NCBI GenBank assembly: GCA_013333035.2
Contig: JABCPQ020000004.1
Location: 1,757-65,756 of the forward strand
Direction of reading: 5' to 3'
DNA length: 64,000 nt
Source of the DNA: Clostridiales bacterium
Lineage (GTDB): Bacteria > Bacillota > Clostridia > TANB77 > CAG-508
Shown: in pieces, positions 10,474 to 17,599 of the stretch
How the letters are laid out: each line of letters begins with the position of its first letter
How positions within the stretch are numbered: position 1 is the stretch's first letter
The notes under the pieces: model-generated
Told to the model about the DNA's origin: nothing
The model's database searches: none
What the model saw: the letters and a program-made list of their open reading frames with translations, nothing else
Program-made: the position numbers and the translations under genes

Positions 10474-11471
10474 CAATAGGAGAATTAACTAGATTAGTAG
10501 CAAAAATATCGACAGATTTTGAAAAAAATAATACAGACTTAAAAAAAGAATACTTATTAAAAAATATTTATTTATATAATCAACTAGCATGGAGTATACC
10601 AAATGTAACAGGAACTTTTGGAACAGGATATCCATATTATGCATTAAGAGGAACTCTTGAAGGAGCACTGCCTATAATAGAAGAACAAATTAGATACAAT
10701 AATGAATTAGTAGAATCAGGAAAAGAATCATCAGCAAAAGAATGGCCGTGCCAAGAATGCTTAGAGAAAAATTATGAATTCATGCCAGATTTAAAAATTA
10801 TATGCAAACCATGCCAAAAGATTGATAACAGCATAAAACCAAGAAAAGTAATAAACCGTTTACCAGATTTAGATATGTGGACAATTGCCGAAGATGGCAA
10901 AACAAGTGAAGTATCAGCACAATTAGCTAGAGCGCTACAAGTAAGCGACATATATCCATCAGATATAAGCCCATATAAGACTATCTTAGAGTTCACAAAT
11001 ATATCAAAAGATATAACAGAAGGCAGGATGCCATCAAAATTTCTACCGATTGATACACATATTGTAGAAGCCAGTCAACTAAAAGAATTGATTGAAAAAG
11101 TACCAGAAACTATAAGAAATAGCAAAAGAACAAACACAAAACCATTTCTAAATATACATCCATTATCATATAGAAAAACATGGCAATATGATGACACAGG
11201 ATATAATTTTATATTTGATTTTTTATTTTCATTTAATATATTTACACAAAACAAAGAACTTTTAGATGCCATAAAAAAATCAAGAATAACTATAGCAAAT
11301 GAAAACACGCCAGAAGAATTAATAAGCATAGTGCATTTAATTTCAAATCCATCAGTACAAAGGAGAATGAAAACAATAGAAATACAAGAAGCATTAAAAG
11401 AAAGATTTGCAAGCTGGCAAAGCAGAGAAAAAGTGTCACAAAAAGTTGATAAAGTTGATTATGAAGAATAA
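10470..11471 (+). CDS. Uncharacterised protein with a CxxC...CxxC zinc ribbon and a possible nucleotidyltransferase-like acidic triad
   Basis: CQEC-x16-CKPC. GTFGTG ... LPDLDMW ... PIDTHIV could be a Pol-beta-type G[ST]/DxD/D arrangement carrying an insert. ATGA overlap with the zeta-like gene. Confidence 0.5.
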   Translation: MTIGELTRLVAKISTDFEKNNTDLKKEYLLKNIYLYNQLAWSIPNVTGTFGTGYPYYALRGTLEGALPIIEEQIRYNNELVESGKESSAKEWPCQECLEKNYEFMPDLKIICKPCQKIDNSIKPRKVINRLPDLDMWTIAEDGKTSEVSAQLARALQVSDIYPSDISPYKTILEFTNISKDITEGRMPSKFLPIDTHIVEASQLKELIEKVPETIRNSKRTNTKPFLNIHPLSYRKTWQYDDTGYNFIFDFLFSFNIFTQNKELLDAIKKSRITIANENTPEELISIVHLISNPSVQRRMKTIEIQEALKERFASWQSREKVSQKVDKVDYEE

Positions 11472-11481
11472 AGGAGAAAAT

Positions 11482-12369
11482 ATGAAACAAATCGATTTAC
11501 ATATGCATACAAATAAATCAGACGGAGCACTAACACCAAAGCAAATAATAGATGAAGCAGTAAAAGCAAATTTACAAGCAATATCAATAACAGACCATGA
11601 CACAATCGATGCATACAATGATGAAACGATAAAATATGCCAAAGAGCAAGGAATTAAATTAATTGTAGGAGTTGAAATTTCAACCAAATCAGATAGATGT
11701 GGAATACACGTATTAGGATATAATTTTGATATTAATAATGAAGAATTTAAACAAAAATTAGACAAGATTCGCAACGCTAGACATGATTACTTAAAAGCAG
11801 TAGCAAAAAAATTAGAAGCACTAAATTATAAAATTAATGTCGAAGAACTGGATAAAATAAAATCAGTAACAAAAGCACATATATCCAAAGACATAATTGA
11901 AAATGAAGCAAATAAATCAGAATTATTAAAACAATTTGGGCATATTCCAAACAAAGGAGAATTCATAGAAACAATAATGAATGAAAACTGCCCAGCATAT
12001 GTACAAAAAGTAACAGTAACACCAGAAGCGGCAGCAGAGATGATACGTAAGGCAGGAGGAATAGTCGTTCTAGCACATCCAGTAGCATATGCTAATGAAG
12101 ACAATATGACAGTAGCAGAAGTGCAACAATTAATAAATAAAATGAAACCAGATGGAATAGAAGCATATTACATTTACACCAACAGAAATAATGAGTATAT
12201 AAATGAAATAGACAAATGGCTAAAGCTAGCCAAAGATAATAATCTATTTGCAACAATTGGATCAGATTTTCATATGAAAGATGGACACCATGCAGAAATT
12301 GGTATGAGCAATGTAGGAGTGCAATTAGAAGAAGAAACAATCAAAGAAATATTATCGAAATTAAAATAA
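11482..12369 (+). CDS. PHP-domain phosphoesterase (TrpH/YciV-like)
   Basis: IDLHMHTNKSDG, ITDHDT, VLAHP, GSDFH. AGGAG RBS, with the start internal to the tracked 11407. Confidence 0.7.
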   Translation: MKQIDLHMHTNKSDGALTPKQIIDEAVKANLQAISITDHDTIDAYNDETIKYAKEQGIKLIVGVEISTKSDRCGIHVLGYNFDINNEEFKQKLDKIRNARHDYLKAVAKKLEALNYKINVEELDKIKSVTKAHISKDIIENEANKSELLKQFGHIPNKGEFIETIMNENCPAYVQKVTVTPEAAAEMIRKAGGIVVLAHPVAYANEDNMTVAEVQQLINKMKPDGIEAYYIYTNRNNEYINEIDKWLKLAKDNNLFATIGSDFHMKDGHHAEIGMSNVGVQLEEETIKEILSKLK

Positions 12370-12429
12370 CAAATTTTAAAAACATCATGGGTAATTATAT
12401 GATAGCAGAAATTGAAAAGGAGGATGTCA

Positions 12430-13683
12430 ATGTCTAGTAGAATTGAAGTAGAGGCAAAATATTTTATAAAGGAAAATAAAGAATTTTTAAAATTAATAGA
12501 AAGTAATAACTTTGAAAAAGGGAATAAAATATATGAAGAAGATATATATTTTACAGATATAGACAGTAATTATATTAAAAATAGAACATGTTTAAGAATT
12601 AGAAAAAATGACAAAAATCTAATAGAATTGACATTTAAGGGAAAGTCAATTGTAAACAAAGAAACTTATATAAAAAAAGAAAATAATATTTCAGTAAATG
12701 AAAAAGATATAGATGAACTAATTGGAATCTTAAACGATTTAGGATATTATATTTATGTTGTAGTAAAAAAAGATAGAATAACCTATACAAAAAAACAAAA
12801 TAATCTAGTTTATAATATTATGATAGATAATATATCAAATGTAGGAAATTTTGTGGAATTTGAAATATTATGTGAAGATGAAACAAAATCGATAGACATT
12901 CTTAAAGAAGAATTAAATAATTTTGTGAATAAATTCAATAAAACTACAAATATGGAAATAGCAAAATTACCTTATAGAGATTTTGTTGCACTTGAATATA
13001 ATAAAAAAATTCAAAACAATAATAAGAAGAAAAATTTATTATTAGATTTTGACGGTACATTAGTAAATAGTGAAAAAGAATTTTTTAAAGCTTTCAGAGA
13101 CACTATTTTAGAAAAATATAATTATGAAATAACTTATAAAGAATATAAAGAAAACGAATTAGATCAAAATTCTAATTTAATCAAAATGCTTAAAGAAAAA
13201 TATATTATAAATCCAGAAATAAAAGAAAAAGAAATTATGGATAATGTATATTTAAAATATGATAATTATTTTGATAATGTATTAGAAGATAAAGATACAA
13301 TTTTAAATATTGAGTTATTAAAAAAATTAAAAAATAAAGGATATAATATTTGCATTATTTCAACATCAAAAAAGAAGTATATAAATAAATTAATTGAAAA
13401 ATTTAACTTAGATGATTTATTTGAATATATTATTTCTAGAGAAGATGTTAAAGAACAAAAGCCAAGTAAAGAAGCATATGAAAAAGTATTAAATGAGTTA
13501 AAGATTGATTCAAAAACATGTCTAGCAGTTGAAGATTCAAATAGAGGAGTAAAAGCAGCTATTGATGCTGGAATTGATGTCGTAAAAGTTAATGGATTTT
13601 CAATGATTAAAGAAGAACATTCTGAAAAAATATTTAATATGAATAACTTTGCAGAATTAGCATTAATATTATTAAATCATTGA
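12430..13683 (+). CDS. CYTH (triphosphate tunnel / CyaB-like) domain fused to a HAD-family phosphatase
   Basis: N-terminal ExExK signature IEVEAKY. C-terminal HAD motifs LLDFDGTLVNSE, ISTSKKK and EDSNRGVKAAIDAGI. The AGGAGG RBS favours the ATG at 12430. Confidence 0.65.
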   Translation: MSSRIEVEAKYFIKENKEFLKLIESNNFEKGNKIYEEDIYFTDIDSNYIKNRTCLRIRKNDKNLIELTFKGKSIVNKETYIKKENNISVNEKDIDELIGILNDLGYYIYVVVKKDRITYTKKQNNLVYNIMIDNISNVGNFVEFEILCEDETKSIDILKEELNNFVNKFNKTTNMEIAKLPYRDFVALEYNKKIQNNNKKKNLLLDFDGTLVNSEKEFFKAFRDTILEKYNYEITYKEYKENELDQNSNLIKMLKEKYIINPEIKEKEIMDNVYLKYDNYFDNVLEDKDTILNIELLKKLKNKGYNICIISTSKKKYINKLIEKFNLDDLFEYIISREDVKEQKPSKEAYEKVLNELKIDSKTCLAVEDSNRGVKAAIDAGIDVVKVNGFSMIKEEHSEKIFNMNNFAELALILLNH

Positions 13684-13729
13684 TACTCATAATAATTAAA
13701 AGATATAAAAAAGAAATTAAAATAACAAA

Positions 13730-13770
13730 AGTGAACCAAGCTTATAAATCATAAGTAAGGTTCACTTTAT
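13730..13770 (+). terminator. rho-independent terminator closing the operon
   Basis: Stem gtgaacc...cttat/ataag...ggttcac followed by TTTATT. Confidence 0.55.
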
Positions 13771-13840
13771 TAAATTACATCAATTGAAAAAAAAGCAAAA
13801 TTAATATATATTTATGTCATAAAATTTACAGGAGAACAAT

Positions 13841-16435
13841 ATGAAGGAAAAAGCATTAAAAATCATAAAAAGTAAATATTTTATAGGAACAATCCTTACA
13901 ATAATATTATACTTGATATATTTAGCAATAGCTAAAATAGGACCATTTGGAGAAAACTCAATACTAAAATCAGATTTATATAAACAATACGCAGAATTCC
14001 TGGCATATTATAAAGATGTATTAACAGGAAAAGGTAGCTTATTCATGTCCTGGAATATGGGGATGGGCAATAATTTTTACACAACGTTTGCATATTATTT
14101 AGTAAGCCCACTCAATCTCTTGGTTGTATTTTTTAGTAAAGAAAATATAAATACATTTGTAATAATAACAACACTACTAAAATTAATATTGATTTACAAT
14201 TCAATGATTGCATTTTTAGAATATAGATTCAAAAATAAAAGTAAATCAGCAATACTATTTGCACTAGCATATACATTTAGTACATATACAATACAATATT
14301 TATTCCATATAATGTGGCTTGATGCAATATATATGTTACCATTAATGTGCATTGGAGTTGAAAAATATTTAAAAGATAACAAAATTTCAACATTTATCAT
14401 AATATCAGCATTAAATATGCTATTTAACTACTATTTAGGATTTATAACAATATTATTTTCAGGAATATATTTCATAGTACGCTTAATAGAACAAGAAAAT
14501 ACAACGTTAAAGTCAAAAATAATAAAATTAGCAGTATTTGTAATAGGATGCATAATAAGTTTTGGAATATCAATGATATTATTCTTGCCATCATTCATGC
14601 AAGTAAAAGGAACAATGAAGTTACAAAATAGATTATTAGAAATACATAAAAAAGAATTTCTAAATTACTTCAACATACTATTCAATAATCACAATCAAGA
14701 ATTGGAACAACAATCAGGATTAATATTCAGTAGTACTCTAACATTAATATTACTTCCACTATATTTTACAAACAAAAATATAAGTAAAAAATCACGAATA
14801 TTATCAGCATTATTAATAATATTCATGGCATTACCAGTAATATCACCAATATTAAATAAAATATGGCACGGAATGACAACACCAAATTGTTTCTACTACA
14901 GATACGCATTTTGCTTGATATTTTACTTTAATATGATTGCATACCAAGATTTTATAAATAGAGAAAAAATTAGTAAAAAAGCATTATTAATAGAAATAAC
15001 ACTATTTTTATTAATTTTAGTTGGAGAAATATTATTAATAAAAAAAGGAATATGGAGCAATAGAAAATTACAAATAAACTCAGTAATAATATCAGCAACA
15101 ACATTAATAACAACAATAATGTTGCTATTTCTACAAAAATTCGACAAGATTCGCAATAATATATTAAAAAACATAATAAAAATCTTAATAACAGCAATAT
15201 TCGTCATAGATATTGGAATATCAATGAACTCATATAATACAACTAATCCAGATAATTATTTTACACTAAAATCAGTACATAAATACGACAATGTAATAAA
15301 CAGAATACTACCACCAGAAACAGATAGACAACAAGAAAGAATAATATTTAATCCAGACGACAACAGTTTTAATCTAAGTATGAAATATGACTACAGTTCA
15401 ATAGATTATTTTACAAGTTCAAGAAATAGAACAACACTAAGAAACATGTATTCGCTAGGATATAATGTACAAAGAGAAACCGCATTATGGATAACATCCG
15501 ATAGTGGTGATTGGTTTAACTACTCATTGGCAGGAGTAAAATATATCATAACAAGAGAAAATCTGGACAATGATAATAAAATATATGGTTATGAATATAA
15601 AGGAAAATACGGTGAATTTAATATATATGAAACACAAAACACATTACCATTTGTATATATAATAAATTCAAATCAACAACCAGAAGAAATAGATGATCCA
15701 TTTTATGAGCAAACAACAAATCCTTTTGAAAAGCAAAACAATATATTAAAATCAATTCAAAATTCGGATGAAGACTATATTGAAAATATTAAAAATGAAC
15801 AATCAAAAATAATAAAATCCGAAAAAAATATAGTTAAAACAGATAAAGAATATGAAATAACATACAATGTAGAAGCTTTGCAAAATATATCAATAGCATT
15901 GTTCAGTGATAGCAATTTAGAATTATATAAAAATAATAAGAAGATATTCAAAGATTATTCAAATATATGGGAAAGAGAAACTGGAATAAGACAAATAGTA
16001 AATCTAGAAAAAGGACAAAAATACACATTCAAAATAACACAAAAAATAGAAAAATATGATTCAAACAATGACAATATTAAAATATATGTACTAAACAATC
16101 ATAAAATAGAAAAGGCAATTGAACATGCTAAACAACTTCAAACACAAAAAGTAACTTTAGAAAAAGATACTATAAAAGCAAATATTCAATCAGAAAAAGA
16201 AGAATATTTAACATTCCAGATACCATTTGATTCAGGTTGGAGAGCAACAATCAATGGAAAAAATACAGAAATTGTAAAAATGAATGGAGCATTCCTAGGG
16301 GTAAAATTGCAAAAAGGAAATAATGAAATAAAATTAACATACTTTCCAAGATATTTTAAAATATCAGCATTATTAAGTTTAATAAATCTAATTTTACTGC
16401 TAATAGTAATGTGTTTAGAAAAAAGAAGAAAATAA
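13841..16435 (+). CDS. YfhO-family polytopic membrane protein (glycosyl-modification of envelope polymers)
   Basis: 864 aa, with many N-terminal TM helices, a large C-terminal extracytoplasmic domain and a final TM helix. This is the overall architecture typical of YfhO. Confidence 0.6.
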   Translation: MKEKALKIIKSKYFIGTILTIILYLIYLAIAKIGPFGENSILKSDLYKQYAEFLAYYKDVLTGKGSLFMSWNMGMGNNFYTTFAYYLVSPLNLLVVFFSKENINTFVIITTLLKLILIYNSMIAFLEYRFKNKSKSAILFALAYTFSTYTIQYLFHIMWLDAIYMLPLMCIGVEKYLKDNKISTFIIISALNMLFNYYLGFITILFSGIYFIVRLIEQENTTLKSKIIKLAVFVIGCIISFGISMILFLPSFMQVKGTMKLQNRLLEIHKKEFLNYFNILFNNHNQELEQQSGLIFSSTLTLILLPLYFTNKNISKKSRILSALLIIFMALPVISPILNKIWHGMTTPNCFYYRYAFCLIFYFNMIAYQDFINREKISKKALLIEITLFLLILVGEILLIKKGIWSNRKLQINSVIISATTLITTIMLLFLQKFDKIRNNILKNIIKILITAIFVIDIGISMNSYNTTNPDNYFTLKSVHKYDNVINRILPPETDRQQERIIFNPDDNSFNLSMKYDYSSIDYFTSSRNRTTLRNMYSLGYNVQRETALWITSDSGDWFNYSLAGVKYIITRENLDNDNKIYGYEYKGKYGEFNIYETQNTLPFVYIINSNQQPEEIDDPFYEQTTNPFEKQNNILKSIQNSDEDYIENIKNEQSKIIKSEKNIVKTDKEYEITYNVEALQNISIALFSDSNLELYKNNKKIFKDYSNIWERETGIRQIVNLEKGQKYTFKITQKIEKYDSNNDNIKIYVLNNHKIEKAIEHAKQLQTQKVTLEKDTIKANIQSEKEEYLTFQIPFDSGWRATINGKNTEIVKMNGAFLGVKLQKGNNEIKLTYFPRYFKISALLSLINLILLLIVMCLEKRRK

Positions 16436-16500
16436 TTTTTACAATATCTAAAAAGATTTAGTTAATATAAAAATACATAAATTTTCAACACAAAAGATAT

Positions 16501-16549
16501 CGGATTAAAATCAAAAATCACGGATTGAAAAACGAAAAAGTCACGGATT
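16501..16549 (+). repeat. three direct copies of (TCA)CGGATT spaced 20 and 23 bp apart
   Basis: CGGATT at 16501, 16521 and 16544. The last two are extended to TCACGGATT. Confidence 0.5.
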
Positions 16550-16557
16550 ATTATTGA

Positions 16558-16809
16558 CAAATTTATAAAGATAATGAAATTGATAGTATCATAGAACTAG
16601 AAAATGGAGAGTGGTGTGCATTTGAAATCAAACTTGGCACAAATCAAATTGAAAAAGCTGCGAATGATTTATTAAAATTAAAGAACGAAATCATAAAAGA
16701 AAATAGAAAGCCACCATCAATTTTATGTGTGATTTGTGGATTAACAAATGCAGCATACCAAAGGCCAGATGGAGTATATGTAGTACCAATAACTGCATTA
16801 AAACAATAA
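16558..16809 (+). pseudogene. C-terminal remnant of a DUF4143/AAA-ATPase (COG1373-like) gene
   Basis: The frame translates to QIYKDNEIDSIIELENGEWCAFEIKLGTNQIEKAANDLLKLKNEI...PDGVYVVPITALKQ*. There is no N-terminal ATPase part, and an in-frame TGA lies immediately upstream. Confidence 0.5.
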
Positions 16810-16820
16810 TAAAAAATAAA

Positions 16821-16868
16821 ATGAGATTTTGAAAATATATTTAAAATTCAAAATCTCATATTTTTTTT
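16821..16868 (+). terminator. rho-independent terminator
   Basis: 13-bp stem atgagattttgaa / ttcaaaatctcat followed by T8. Confidence 0.7.
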
Positions 16869-16872
16869 CAAA

Positions 16873-16888
16873 GTAACTTACTAGTAAC
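16873..16888 (+). promoter_or_regulatory. GTAAC-N6-GTAAC direct repeat (containing the palindrome TTACTAGTAA), a possible response-regulator box upstream of the ABC genes
   Basis: 11-bp periodicity, located just upstream of a TAAAAT -10-like element and 39 nt before the ATG at 16927. Confidence 0.3.
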
Positions 16889-16926
16889 ATATCAATAGTA
16901 AAATAAGAATGTGAAAGGAGAAACAC

Positions 16927-17598
16927 ATGGAAATATTAAAAGTAGAAAATTTAACAAAAATATATGGAAAGGATATGGCAAAAGTCGTAGCACTTGATAA
17001 CGTATCATTTTCAGTAAACAAAGGAGAATTCGTAGCAATAGTAGGAGCATCAGGAAGCGGAAAATCTACATTACTACATTTATTAGGAGGTGTAGACAGA
17101 CCAAACTACGGAAAAGTATATATTGATGGAAATGACATATTTGATTTTAATGATGATAAATTAGCAATCTTTAGAAGAAGACAAGTCGGATTAATATATC
17201 AATTCTATAATCTAATTCCCATATTAAATGTAGAAGAAAATATAATTTTACCATTATCACTAGATAATAGAAAAGTAGAAAAAGATAAGTTGGATGAATT
17301 ATTAAAACTATTAGGATTGGAAAATAGAAGAAATCATTTACCAAATGAATTATCAGGAGGTCAACAACAAAGGACAAGTATAGGAAGAGCTTTAATAACA
17401 AACCCTTCAATAATATTAGCAGATGAGCCAACAGGAAACTTAGATTCAAAATCAAGTGATGAAATAATAGCATTATTAAAAAAATCAAACAAAGAATATA
17501 AACAAACCATAATAATGATCACACACAATATGGAAATAGCAAAATTAGCAGACAGAATAATAAAAATTGAAGACGGCAAAATTGTTGAGGAGGTATAA
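16927..17598 (+). CDS. ABC transporter ATP-binding protein (MacB/BceA-like)
   Basis: Walker A GASGSGKST, signature LSGGQQQR, Walker B ILADEPTGNLD. Confidence 0.85.
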   Translation: MEILKVENLTKIYGKDMAKVVALDNVSFSVNKGEFVAIVGASGSGKSTLLHLLGGVDRPNYGKVYIDGNDIFDFNDDKLAIFRRRQVGLIYQFYNLIPILNVEENIILPLSLDNRKVEKDKLDELLKLLGLENRRNHLPNELSGGQQQRTSIGRALITNPSIILADEPTGNLDSKSSDEIIALLKKSNKEYKQTIIMITHNMEIAKLADRIIKIEDGKIVEEV

Positions 17599-17599
17599 G

